Under the pieces are notes generated by a model. It was given only the letters and a program-made list of their open reading frames with translations. It made no database searches and was not told the origin of the DNA. A stretch of DNA of 44,584 nt, from NCBI GenBank assembly GCA_964469405.1, contig CAYXYP010000007.1, positions 1 through 44,584 of the forward strand, read 5' to 3'. The DNA comes from an uncultured Candidatus Saccharibacteria bacterium. Lineage in GTDB: Bacteria > Patescibacteriota > Minisyncoccia > Phycocordibacterales > Phycocordibacteraceae. Positions 8,612 to 17,845 of the stretch are shown one piece after another (within the stretch, counting starts at the first letter, position 1; every line of letters begins with the position of its first letter). Made by a program: the position numbers and the translations under genes.

Positions 8612-9709
8612 ATGAAATTTGTCTCTGGTGACCGCATGTTCCTCATGCTTGTGCTTGGGATTGCGTTTGTTGGTTTCGCAATTTTTGCGTCGGCAGAGCT
8701 TGGTCTCCTCGCTCGAGAAAGTAGCTCGATATCGCGAAACATTATGGTTCAGGCGGGGCTTGGGCTTGGTCTTGGATTTCTAGCTCTTTTCCTCGCGCGA
8801 ACCGTCCCACTTGCACGCGTAAAGCGATTCGCCCCCTATATATATGGTGTAACGGTCCTTTTTACCGCACTCGTTTTTATACCTAACATCGGTCTCCATG
8901 TGAACGGAGCAACTCGCTGGATTGACCTCGGATTCACTACGGTGCAACCGGCTGAATTCTTGAAAATTGGTTTCGTGATTATGCTCGCATGGTGGCTCGC
9001 AGCTAATGCACAGAAATTAGGAAATCCAAAAAAAGGACTATTTCCTTTTATCGGCCTACTTTCTGTGCCGACCGTACTTTTGCTCGCGCAGCCAAACACC
9101 TCCATGACGCTTCTTATTCTTGCTACAGGTATAGTGATGTACTTTGCTGCAGGAGCACCATGGCGCGATTTCGGCATCCTCGCAATTGCCGCTATTCTGG
9201 CACTCAGTATCGTTATCATTATGCGACCGTATGTGCTTGAGCGCGTTAAGACATTTATTAATCCATCAGCAAATTCCTTGAGTAGTGGCTACCAGATACA
9301 ACAATCATTAATTGCAGTCGGCTCCGGTGGTCTTGTGGGCAGGGGATTTGGTCAAGGCGTGGGTAAATTTAACTACCTTCCAGAGCCTGAAGGGGACTCG
9401 ATATTTGCAGTGTTCGCCGAAGAAACCGGATTTATTGGCGCGATGATTTTACTGGCCCTTTTCATTGCGCTTGCCGCGCGTGGCATCGTGATAGCGGGGA
9501 ACTCTCATGACCTCTTTGGTGGGTGTATCGCGCTCGGTTTTTCTTTTAGCATTATCTTGCAGGCTTTTATCAATATATCTGCCATGCTAGGAATTATTCC
9601 GCTTACTGGCCTACCGCTACCTTTTCTTTCTCATGGTGGAACCGCCCTGGTAGCTATTCTGATTATGTGCGGCTTTATTTTGAACGTGGCCGCTCATCGC
9701 CGTACATGA
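8612..9709 (+). CDS. ftsW: SEDS family peptidoglycan glycosyltransferase FtsW
   Basis: NGATRWI, VQPAEFLK, GYQIQQSLIA, YLPEPEGDSIFAVFAEE and PLTGLPLPFLSHGG; located between mraY and murG. Confidence 0.9.
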   Translation: MKFVSGDRMFLMLVLGIAFVGFAIFASAELGLLARESSSISRNIMVQAGLGLGLGFLALFLARTVPLARVKRFAPYIYGVTVLFTALVFIPNIGLHVNGATRWIDLGFTTVQPAEFLKIGFVIMLAWWLAANAQKLGNPKKGLFPFIGLLSVPTVLLLAQPNTSMTLLILATGIVMYFAAGAPWRDFGILAIAAILALSIVIIMRPYVLERVKTFINPSANSLSSGYQIQQSLIAVGSGGLVGRGFGQGVGKFNYLPEPEGDSIFAVFAEETGFIGAMILLALFIALAARGIVIAGNSHDLFGGCIALGFSFSIILQAFINISAMLGIIPLTGLPLPFLSHGGTALVAILIMCGFILNVAAHRRT

Positions 9710-9723
9710 CCGAAGCCAGCACG

Positions 9724-9778
9724 CAAAAAATGGATAGTAAGACTCGGCTTAGCGGCCCGGAGCGCTATCCATTTTTTG
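9724..9778. repeat. Intergenic 14-bp perfect inverted repeat with 27-nt spacer
   Basis: caaaaaatggatag (9724-9737) and ctatccattttttg (9765-9778). Confidence 0.75.
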
Positions 9779-9810
9779 TTTGATGGCGAAGGTTTTGATA
9801 TACTATTCAC

Positions 9811-10950
9811 ATGACCATAGTGTTTACTGGTGGGGGAACGGGCGGACATTTTTATCCGATTATCGCTATTGCTGAGGCGCTCACCGATCTCGTCCGTGAG
9901 AAGCGACTTATTGAACCTACACTCTATTATCTCGCACCAAACGCATTTGATGAAAAATCGCTTTTTGAGAATGGCATTGCCTATATTCATATACCGGCAG
10001 GAAAGATTCGTCGTTATGCTTCGTTCCTGAATGTTACTGACTTCTTCGTTACTTTCACGGGAATTCTTTCGGCACTCATGACGCTGTTTCGGCTATACCC
10101 GGACGTGGTGATGAGTAAGGGTGGTTATGGTAGCGTACCAACCGTGATTGCTGCGTGGTTGCTGCGTATCCCGGTCATTATTCATGAATCAGATGCGAAA
10201 CCTGGTAGAGCGAATCTGTTTGCTGCAAAATTTGCTACAAAAATAGCTATTTCTTTTGAAAGTGCCGCCACGTATTTCCCCGATCGTGTTCAAAGCAAAA
10301 TTGCTCGCACGGGTATTCCGATCCGTAAGGCCCTCATGAGAATTGAACCAGAAGGTGCGCAGCAGTATCTCAAACTCGAGAAAGATGTGCCGACTATCCT
10401 CATTCTAGGAGGTTCCCAAGGTGCGCTCAAAATAAATGACATTGTCCTCTCATCTCTGGTGCGTCTCGTCTCATTCGCAAATATTATTCATCAAACAGGC
10501 CAAGCGCATTTCGAGAATGCAGAGGCTATAGGCCGTGTCGTTCTAGGTAAGGATCCTCATGCTGACCGATATCATCCGATTAACTATCTTTCCGAAATAT
10601 CGCTCCAAAGGGCAGCTGGAGTTGCAGATATCGTTGTCTCGCGCGCGGGTGCAAACTCTATTGCTGAAATTGGTCTTTGGAAAAAACCGGCGATTCTTAT
10701 CCCGATTCCTGAGTCGATAAGTCACGACCAGCGTATGAACGCGTACGCCTACGCAAAAACAGGGGCCGCCATAGTTCTCGATGAAGAGAACCTTACTCAA
10801 CACATCCTGGTTTCCGAAATCGAACGCATCCTGAACGACCCGGAACTCAGTAAACGCATGGGTGCCTCAGCAGAAGGCTTCACCGACCCGGATGCCGCAC
10901 GTATCCTTGCCAATCAAGTGCTTGCAGTGGCACTCCCTCACGAATCATGA
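9811..10950 (+). CDS. murG: UDP-GlcNAc:lipid I GlcNAc transferase
   Basis: TGGGTGGHFYP, KGGYGSVP, HESDAKPG, GGSQGA and SRAGA motifs. Confidence 0.95.
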   Translation: MTIVFTGGGTGGHFYPIIAIAEALTDLVREKRLIEPTLYYLAPNAFDEKSLFENGIAYIHIPAGKIRRYASFLNVTDFFVTFTGILSALMTLFRLYPDVVMSKGGYGSVPTVIAAWLLRIPVIIHESDAKPGRANLFAAKFATKIAISFESAATYFPDRVQSKIARTGIPIRKALMRIEPEGAQQYLKLEKDVPTILILGGSQGALKINDIVLSSLVRLVSFANIIHQTGQAHFENAEAIGRVVLGKDPHADRYHPINYLSEISLQRAAGVADIVVSRAGANSIAEIGLWKKPAILIPIPESISHDQRMNAYAYAKTGAAIVLDEENLTQHILVSEIERILNDPELSKRMGASAEGFTDPDAARILANQVLAVALPHES

Positions 10951-12389
10951 CACCTGTTGTCACTCGATTTGCTCCTTCGCCAACAGGATTCATGCACGTC
11001 GGCGGCGTGCGTACAGCCCTCTACTCATGGTTATTCGCTCGGAAACACAATGGAAGATTTATTCTTCGGATCGAAGACACCGACAAAGAGCGCGAGGTTG
11101 CCGGCGCTATCCCACACATCATTGAATCACTCTCATGGCTTGGTATCGAATGGGATGAGGGTGTAGATCGCGGTGGTCCACACGCACCCTATCTCCAGTC
11201 TGAGAGGCTTGAGACGTATCGCGCCTACGCAGAGAAACTTATTGCCGGGGGACATGCTTACCCAGACCCATACGCAGAAAGCGAGCTCGAAACATTTCGA
11301 CAGAAAGCGGCTTTAGAAAAACGGCCCTTCCTTTTTCGCGACCACAGACCGGAAACGTCTGAACCTTGGGACGGGACAAAACCTCTCCGTTTCCGTACAC
11401 CGAGAATCATGCGCTACGAGTGGGATGATCTTGCTCGTGGACAGCTTTCAGCAGGGGAAGAGGCAGTTGATGATTTCATTCTTATTAAAAGCGATGGCTA
11501 CCCGACATACAATTTTGCACACATCGTCGACGATATTCTGATGGGCGTTACACACGTAATGCGCGGTGAAGAATTTATTTCCTCGACACCAAAATTTCTC
11601 TCCCTCTATGAAGCGCTTGGCGTTACCCCTCCGGCGTTTGTAACTATGCCGGTCATTCTCAGTCCTGACGGTAAGAAGAAATTAAGCAAGCGTGATGGAG
11701 CAAAAGATATCCTCGAGTATCGTACTGAGGGCTACCTACCTGAAGCGATGATGAACTTTCTCGCCCTTCTTGGATGGAATCCAGGTACCGAACAAGAATT
11801 TTTCTCAAAAGAAGAATTAATACAAGCGTTCGACCTTAATCGAATTCAAATATCGGGAGCAGGCTTCGATGAGACGAAACTTCTTTCGGTAAACCAGTAC
11901 TGGATGCGTCAACTTTCTGTCGATGATTTTATTGCGCGGGGCAATATTTCAGTACCCGACATTCAGAAACTTCGAAAAGTAGTGCCCTTGCTTAAGGATC
12001 GTGCACATACTTTTAACGAGGCTCGCACCATGCTTTCTGGCGAATTAGATTGTCTCTTTAACGAGCCATCCATCGAAAGAAACCGCATTGTTGCGAAAGA
12101 GCCTCCTGAACGTCCTGGAATTACTAAATCTGCCCTAGAAGGCCTTTCTAAGGCCATAGAAACTCTTCCGGAGGGCGTACCTGCCGAGACAGTCAAGAAT
12201 ACACTTATGCCACTTGCTGACGCCGAAGAGGGAAGGGGGAAGGGGGGTCGAGGTGCTGTACTCTGGCCGCTGCGATATGTCCTCTCTGGACAAGAACGTT
12301 CACCCGACCCCTTTACTCTTATTGAAATCCTCGGTTCTGCTGAAACACTTTCGCGAATACAGAAAGCTATTGGTATACTCGAAGGATGA
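10947..12389 (+). CDS. gltX: Glutamate--tRNA ligase
   Basis: TRFAPSPTGFMHVGG, LRIEDTD, THVMRGEE and KLSKRDG. Confidence 0.96.
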   Translation: MTPVVTRFAPSPTGFMHVGGVRTALYSWLFARKHNGRFILRIEDTDKEREVAGAIPHIIESLSWLGIEWDEGVDRGGPHAPYLQSERLETYRAYAEKLIAGGHAYPDPYAESELETFRQKAALEKRPFLFRDHRPETSEPWDGTKPLRFRTPRIMRYEWDDLARGQLSAGEEAVDDFILIKSDGYPTYNFAHIVDDILMGVTHVMRGEEFISSTPKFLSLYEALGVTPPAFVTMPVILSPDGKKKLSKRDGAKDILEYRTEGYLPEAMMNFLALLGWNPGTEQEFFSKEELIQAFDLNRIQISGAGFDETKLLSVNQYWMRQLSVDDFIARGNISVPDIQKLRKVVPLLKDRAHTFNEARTMLSGELDCLFNEPSIERNRIVAKEPPERPGITKSALEGLSKAIETLPEGVPAETVKNTLMPLADAEEGRGKGGRGAVLWPLRYVLSGQERSPDPFTLIEILGSAETLSRIQKAIGILEG

Positions 12390-13732
12390 TGCGATCTGGG
12401 TTTCCGCTCTTTTTTCTTATCCTCGTTTCGGGACTCTCTCTATTAGTGCCGCAACACGCGTACGCTGATGCCGCATCAGACATTCAGGCCCAGATAGACT
12501 CGAACAAGCAGCAATTGAACACGCTTGAGGGAGAAATTGCTATTTTCCAACAACAGCTCGATACGCTCGGCAAAACAAAGAACACACTCCAGTCGACCAT
12601 CAGTACCCTTACTCTGACTCAGCAACAGCTCGCGACACAGATAAAAATAACCCAAAATAAGATAGGCTCGGCAAATTTAAAAATAAAAGAACTCTCACTC
12701 TCCATCGAAGATAAAGAAACATCCATCACTGCAAATCAGGATGCGATTGGGAAAGCCCTTCGAAATATTGCCGAGGATGAAAAATTATCGCTCATTACGC
12801 AACTCATCTCATCACGTACGTTAGGCGAGGCCTGGCAAGTGGCCGATGCGACCGTGCAGTTTAATCGAGCGCTTGCGCACGCCATTACTGATTTGCGTGC
12901 GGTACGCACCGAACTTGCAACCAATCGTGATCAAGTAGCCACTACCAAGGCGAGTCTCATAGCACTCCAAAATGACCTTACTCTGCAAAAACGTTCCGTA
13001 GACGCCGGCAAAGTGGCGCAGCAGCAACTACTCTCGCAAACTAAAAACCAGGAAGCAAATTACCAAAAACTTCTGGCGCAAAAACGAGCGGCAGAAAAAT
13101 CCTTTGAACAAGAACTGACCGATCTACAGAGTAAATTGAATCTCATCGTGCATCCCAATCTTCTACCGAAAGTTGGTTCGGGTGTGCTCTCGTGGCCGAT
13201 GAGTATTGCTTTTATGAATAGCTGCATGCAACGAAAAAATATATTTGGAAATCTTTTCTGTATCACCCAGTATTTCGGCAACACACCATTCTCAACGATA
13301 AATCCTCAGATTTATAATAATCACGGACATAATGCGATTGATCTAGCGACGCCAATTGGTACGCCAATTCAAGCGGCTCTCTCGGGAGTTATTCTTGCCA
13401 CGGGGGATACTGATGGGGTCAACGGTTGTTATAACGGTTCTTTCGGCAAATGGGTCATGATTCAACATTATAATGGGCTCAATACTATGTATGCGCACCT
13501 TTCCATAATCGATGTATCAAAAGGTCAGACAGTAACAGTAGGGCAGACGATCGGTCTCTCGGGTATGACGGGTTACGCCACTGGACCGCACCTCCACTTC
13601 GGCGTCTACGCGACGGAAGGTACCAAAATTATGACCCTACGACAAGACCGTGGTGCGGGGAAAGGTTGCGCTGATGCTGTCATGCCGGTAGCGACACTTA
13701 CGGCCTACCTCAACCCACTTTCGTATCTCTAG
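12386..13732 (+). CDS. Coiled-coil plus M23 peptidase murein hydrolase (EnvC/PcsB-like)
   Basis: Signal peptide, long coiled coil, then HNAID, YAHL and TGPHLHF M23 motifs. Confidence 0.88.
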   Translation: MMRSGFPLFFLILVSGLSLLVPQHAYADAASDIQAQIDSNKQQLNTLEGEIAIFQQQLDTLGKTKNTLQSTISTLTLTQQQLATQIKITQNKIGSANLKIKELSLSIEDKETSITANQDAIGKALRNIAEDEKLSLITQLISSRTLGEAWQVADATVQFNRALAHAITDLRAVRTELATNRDQVATTKASLIALQNDLTLQKRSVDAGKVAQQQLLSQTKNQEANYQKLLAQKRAAEKSFEQELTDLQSKLNLIVHPNLLPKVGSGVLSWPMSIAFMNSCMQRKNIFGNLFCITQYFGNTPFSTINPQIYNNHGHNAIDLATPIGTPIQAALSGVILATGDTDGVNGCYNGSFGKWVMIQHYNGLNTMYAHLSIIDVSKGQTVTVGQTIGLSGMTGYATGPHLHFGVYATEGTKIMTLRQDRGAGKGCADAVMPVATLTAYLNPLSYL

Positions 13733-14356
13733 CTATATACAATAAAAAAAGCGACGGGATGTTGTATCCTGTCGCCTTTTGCACAAAAGTAACATCACCA
13801 GTTGTTTAACAATAGAGCGACGGGTGTAACGACAACACCCCCCACTCTTATGAAGAAGCATTTTCGACAGTTCCTCAGCATGTTCTGGGAATAGAAATGC
13901 TGCAATTATATCTGCAAATCCTGCATGGCCGATGATGGCAATGGACGTCAGTCTACGAACTTTGATGTGTCGGTGGATACCGATAGTGGCGTCCCATCCC
14001 CATCGAAGCAAGCGACCAGCCGTATCTCCCTCGATATAATCACTCAAGTCCCCATTTTTTGAACTCGCCATGTCACGTAGGGCAAGCATTGCAGAGCGCA
14101 AATCACTTCGAACATACAACTCCTCTATCACGATATACTTTCTGTTCGGAAAGACGATCTCGGCAGTTTGTTTGCAGCGCACTGCCGGAGACGTTAACAC
14201 TTCCTGAACCTCAAAATTCTTAAACTCCTTATGTTGGCCTAATGCTTTGTGTCTGCCTCGTACAGACAATTCGCGAAGACGATCATCTTCGCCATCATCT
14301 GAATGAGTAGTCGGTAACACAATAAGTCTATTCAGTCTTGTGTTCGGTTCCAACAT
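13733..14356 (-). CDS. Histidine phosphatase superfamily (SixA/PGAM-like) protein lacking the RHG motif
   Basis: RELSVRG, VLTSPAVRCKQTAEIV and IAIIGHAG match the fold; LIVLPTTH stands where LxRHG is expected; start uncertain. Confidence 0.6.
   Translation of the reverse strand: MLEPNTRLNRLIVLPTTHSDDGEDDRLRELSVRGRHKALGQHKEFKNFEVQEVLTSPAVRCKQTAEIVFPNRKYIVIEELYVRSDLRSAMLALRDMASSKNGDLSDYIEGDTAGRLLRWGWDATIGIHRHIKVRRLTSIAIIGHAGFADIIAAFLFPEHAEELSKMLLHKSGGCCRYTRRSIVKQLVMLLLCKRRQDTTSRRFFYCI
13744..13780. terminator. Probable bidirectional terminator
   Basis: A-tract, gcgacgggat-gttgt-atcctgtcgc stem with one G-U pair, then a T-tract; lies between convergent genes. Confidence 0.6.
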
Positions 14357-14477
14357 AGATAGGGCCCTCACTTTTGTGAATATTGTTAAGAACAAGCCTA
14401 AAATTGCTGGCGCCTTTCAGGCCATTTGTAACTGTAGCATTTCAACGTCGTTATGTCAAATATCACCCGTCCCATCC

Positions 14478-15191
14478 CTATGTAGCGTCTCTTGTTTTCC
14501 AAAGTAGCAGGGAAGCGTATGTACGGTAAGGAGACCATTTTTTTGCTATAGCGAGTAGGGAAGAACGTGGCGAATTTTTTGGAAGATTATAGATTGCTTC
14601 CATCGCTCGAACGAGACCTAGATCGCCCGCCGAGAAGACGTCTTCGCGGCCGAGCGAATGCATCATAAACATATCTACTGACCATGGCCCAAGACCCCAT
14701 ACGCTCAGAAGTATTTCCGCAGCTGCTTCTTCAGGAAGTCTATGTAATGACAGTAAATCGAGTGAATTATTTTCAATGGACATTGCAATCGCTTTAAGCG
14801 TTTTCGTCTTTGTCCCGGATAGACCAGCTTTGCGAAGAAATACCGAATGAGTCCTGAGGACAGATTCAGAGGTTAATCGACCCTTGCACGCTTTCACAAC
14901 TCGCGCATAAATAGTATCGGCCGCAGCAGTTCCTAATTGTTGTGCAATGACGATGGATACCAACGATTCAAATAATTTTACACGAGTATTCTTCCTGGAA
15001 AGTTTTACTGGGAGGGAAGCGTGGTGGGCTCTTGTTGCCGTATAGAAAATTTTGTCAGTATATTTAAAATGTTTGATTGCAGCGTCCTTTCCTGTCTCTC
15101 TTTGCTTAGTAGAGGCAACAACATCAATACGTGACGAACCAAGAGTCTTTTGAGTCTTTGTAGGCTTGTTAGATTCAATTATACTCGTCAT
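14478..15191 (-). CDS. alkA: DNA-3-methyladenine glycosylase II (AlkA, HhH-GPD)
   Basis: FESLVSIVIAQQL, AGLSGTK, WGLGPWSVDMF, DVFSAGDLG and WSPYRTYA; start taken from TGaTACCAT 8 nt upstream of ATG 15191. Confidence 0.85.
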   Translation of the reverse strand: MTSIIESNKPTKTQKTLGSSRIDVVASTKQRETGKDAAIKHFKYTDKIFYTATRAHHASLPVKLSRKNTRVKLFESLVSIVIAQQLGTAAADTIYARVVKACKGRLTSESVLRTHSVFLRKAGLSGTKTKTLKAIAMSIENNSLDLLSLHRLPEEAAAEILLSVWGLGPWSVDMFMMHSLGREDVFSAGDLGLVRAMEAIYNLPKNSPRSSLLAIAKKWSPYRTYASLLLWKTRDAT

Positions 15192-15240
15192 GCCGAGATA
15201 TGGTATCACTAGCCCGTTCTTGTTGTATAATGATCGTACC

Positions 15241-15420
15241 ATGTATCCCGTGTTTAAGGCCTTCTTCTGGATATTCATTCTATTCCTAGCATTGTCGTTC
15301 TTCGGTATCTCTATCCAAACAATCATCAACTCTCCAGCGGGCCAAGCGAATTTTGGCTATCTTATGAGTCTCCTTTCAGAAGGTTTACGGTGGATCACAA
15401 GCTTCGCGCAACATGTTTAG
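15241..15420 (+). CDS. Small membrane protein (59 aa)
   Basis: MYPVFKAFFWIFILFLALSFFGISIQ, hydrophobic; TATAAT lies 9 nt before the ATG. Confidence 0.6.
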   Translation: MYPVFKAFFWIFILFLALSFFGISIQTIINSPAGQANFGYLMSLLSEGLRWITSFAQHV

Positions 15421-15631
15421 TTAGCTATATAGACTCCTAATAATAAGAAGTCTCCGAACCGTTGGTGCGAAAGATTGTGCGATATGAAAGTCACGCAGGA
15501 CAATCTCTCGAATCTTTTTCGGCATGTCGCTGGGTGAATGTCGTAAAAGATATATTGTGCGACCTATTCATAAAACTCGAGCCCAGCCAAGAAAGCCTCA
15601 TTCCCCACCACCTTGAATCTCGTACCGCTAC

Positions 15632-15838
15632 TTACTTTTTAATAGCGATGATAATGACTTGAAGCAAACTAATAAAAGTACTCATTAATCCTGCCCAGAA
15701 TGCGTACACCTCAAGATTTTCTTTCCAGTCTTTATTATTTCGCCTTGCAGAAGAAAGGGCACCATGTCTACCACTTCCCTTTTTATGTTTACGAAAGGTC
15801 TTACCAAGAAGGCGTTTTTGACTATAATCAAGTCCCAT
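15632..15838 (-). CDS. Small protein, basic N-terminus and C-terminal hydrophobic helix
   Basis: 68-aa ORF with TAATAT 7 nt before the ATG; no family recognised. Confidence 0.4.
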   Translation of the reverse strand: MGLDYSQKRLLGKTFRKHKKGSGRHGALSSARRNNKDWKENLEVYAFWAGLMSTFISLLQVIIIAIKK

Positions 15839-15865
15839 ACATTCAATATTAAAATAATATATTCA

Positions 15866-16639
15866 TTAACACGTGACGTTAGCCGCGATGTAATCATAGG
15901 CCTCATCGACTGAATCGACGAGCACGTAGAGCGTCATGTCCTCCTCGCTGATTGATTTTCGCTCCTGATAAAGCGTCGTTTCAATGAAGGCGACTAGCGG
16001 TCCCCAGTAACTCTTTCCAAAGAGTACAATTGGCACTTTGCGAATCTTTTTGGTCTGGACAAGCGTAACAATCTCGAAGAATTCATCTAGGGTGCCGAAG
16101 CCGCCTGGAAAATATACATATACTTCTGACGCATAGGTAAGCATCACTTTGCGCACGAAGAAATGATCGAAACCGAATCGTTGGGTAAGGTAGGGATTAT
16201 AATTCTGCACCTGTGGCAAATTAATATTGAGTCCGACGGAGGCGCCTCCAACCTCGAATGCGCCCTTATTTGCAGCTTGCATGATACCTGAGCTCCCGCC
16301 CGTTATTACGGCAAATCCTTTCTTTGAAAGTCGACGTGCAAGCTCCTCGGCATCCTTATAAGAACCCTCTCCGACAGAAGTGCGAGCGCCGCCGAAGAAA
16401 GATACTGCGAGACCATGTTGACGAATAATATCGAACCCTTCGATGAACTCAGACATGATTTTAAATATGCGCCACGACTCTATTCGTTGTGGTCTACAGA
16501 CGAGTGGAGGACGCTCGACAGGCATAGTGCGCTGCCCTTCGTGAATTACTTTCGCCAACCGTTCAGATGTCTCCTGAAGCGGCAGCCCGTTTGGTACGGG
16601 ACGTGCAATCGACGCATGCTGAACTACATCATCATTCAT
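15866..16639 (-). CDS. LOG family Rossmann-fold protein (TIGR00730-like)
   Basis: TGGSSGIMQAANKGA, FFVRKVML and PGGFGTLDE. Confidence 0.9.
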   Translation of the reverse strand: MNDDVVQHASIARPVPNGLPLQETSERLAKVIHEGQRTMPVERPPLVCRPQRIESWRIFKIMSEFIEGFDIIRQHGLAVSFFGGARTSVGEGSYKDAEELARRLSKKGFAVITGGSSGIMQAANKGAFEVGGASVGLNINLPQVQNYNPYLTQRFGFDHFFVRKVMLTYASEVYVYFPGGFGTLDEFFEIVTLVQTKKIRKVPIVLFGKSYWGPLVAFIETTLYQERKSISEEDMTLYVLVDSVDEAYDYIAANVTC

Positions 16640-16663
16640 GTGTAATGATTTTATACTACCAGA

Positions 16664-17029
16664 CTAGAGGCCTGCGCAATTTAAGGCAGGAGTATAACCT
16701 GCCATTTGCGCAGCCGAGATAGAAACGAACCATACTTTATTAGCGTCGGAAATACGGTCGGCACCTGCGCAGGTCGGCAGATAGTATCTCGTCCCTGTTT
16801 TTGAGGCGACGACCTTCCCTGTTGTTGTTGAGGTCGTAATGGGGGATATGGGCGAAGAAAGCTGAAAAGAGACGTTGCTTGATGCTTGTTGGCCGGCATC
16901 TTCGCCCGCTAAATAGCCCAGTCCGAAGCTTAGAGAAGACGCTAGTATGAGAATGCCGATACTAAGCACATCCCGGGGCACACGCCCCACGAGACTTTTG
17001 CATTTTTCACGTGTTTCTGCTATAGTCAT
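16664..17029 (-). CDS. Membrane-anchored protein with Ada metal-binding-like C-terminal domain
   Basis: Transmembrane segment, Ser/Thr linker, then VVASKTGTRYYLPTC...NKVWF...AGYTPALNC. Confidence 0.7.
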   Translation of the reverse strand: MTIAETREKCKSLVGRVPRDVLSIGILILASSLSFGLGYLAGEDAGQQASSNVSFQLSSPISPITTSTTTGKVVASKTGTRYYLPTCAGADRISDANKVWFVSISAAQMAGYTPALNCAGL

Positions 17030-17048
17030 AGGGTAAAACTATACCACT

Positions 17049-17321
17049 ATGGCATCAACTAAAGCTGGAGGTTCAGCGAAAAACCTTAATGATTCGAATC
17101 CAAAATACCTTGGAGTAAAGCTCGCCGATGGCGCAGCAGCTCGTCCGGGTATGGTCATTGTCCGTCAACGCGGGACCAAAATCGAAGCAGGTAAGAACGT
17201 AGCGGTCGGTCGCGACCACACTCTTTTTTCACTTGCGACTGGCACAGTCTCCTTCCGTACTCGCCGCAAAACAAGCTTTACCGGCCGTAATTTCATGAAG
17301 AAAGTCGCTGACGTTGTTTAA
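17049..17321 (+). CDS. rpmA: 50S ribosomal protein L27
   Basis: [23 protein letters not shown] and VGRDHTLF. Confidence 0.97.
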   Translation: MASTKAGGSAKNLNDSNPKYLGVKLADGAAARPGMVIVRQRGTKIEAGKNVAVGRDHTLFSLATGTVSFRTRRKTSFTGRNFMKKVADVV

Positions 17322-17330
17322 TAAGTAGCA

Positions 17331-17365
17331 AAAAAACCGTGACGCTCAAGAGCGTCACGGTTTTT
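17331..17365. terminator. Bidirectional intrinsic terminator
   Basis: aaaaaccgtgacgct-caag-agcgtcacggttttt between convergent rpmA and rplI. Confidence 0.85.
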
Positions 17366-17382
17366 ATTTATGTGACTGCGAA

Positions 17383-17826
17383 TTATTCAGCCTCGATAAT
17401 GATAGAAAACTTTCCAAATGTGCCAGCCGCGGCAACCGGAATATCAAACGTACCAATCTCTTTTATTGGCTTTGGGAGCTTAATCGCATCATCGGAGAGA
17501 TCGATATGAGCTTGCTCCTTTGCTGCCGCTCGTATGTCGGACTCCCCTACTGCATCGTATAAATGACCTTTTTCGTTCGCTTTCGACTTAATTACGATAC
17601 GCGCCTCTGCAAGAGTAGCTATGTTCTGCGCAAGGAGTGCGGTGTCGAGCGCAGTGCGATCAGTCACCTTCTTGAGGCGCAGCTCCGCCTCTTTCATCGC
17701 TGATGGAGTTGCGGGGATAGCAAGCTTACTCGGAATGAGGTAATTGAGAGCGTGTCCATCGGATATTTCGATAGTCTCGTGTTTGCGTCCGATTCCTTTT
17801 ACGTCTTTTAGTATAATTACTTTCAT
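17383..17826 (-). CDS. rplI: 50S ribosomal protein L9
   Basis: MKVIILKDVKGIG, DGHALNYLIP, GHLY and PIKEIG. Confidence 0.95.
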   Translation of the reverse strand: MKVIILKDVKGIGRKHETIEISDGHALNYLIPSKLAIPATPSAMKEAELRLKKVTDRTALDTALLAQNIATLAEARIVIKSKANEKGHLYDAVGESDIRAAAKEQAHIDLSDDAIKLPKPIKEIGTFDIPVAAAGTFGKFSIIIEAE

Positions 17827-17845
17827 GTGCAGCTAGCCTAGCTTA

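Noticed and set aside
13838-13843. C6 run as a possible frameshift site in the phosphatase-like gene
   Set aside because: The existing frame (HKSGGCCRY) is plausible, and a 6-nt run is unremarkable.
13730-15431. 10-mer tagctatata at both 13730 and 15422 as a possible insertion boundary
   Set aside because: It is short and AT-rich, and nothing else supports it.
15421-15567. Minus-strand frame reading GRTIYLLRHS, like a histidine phosphatase RH motif
   Set aside because: It has no in-frame start, is only 49 codons long, and shows no further family motifs; probably chance.
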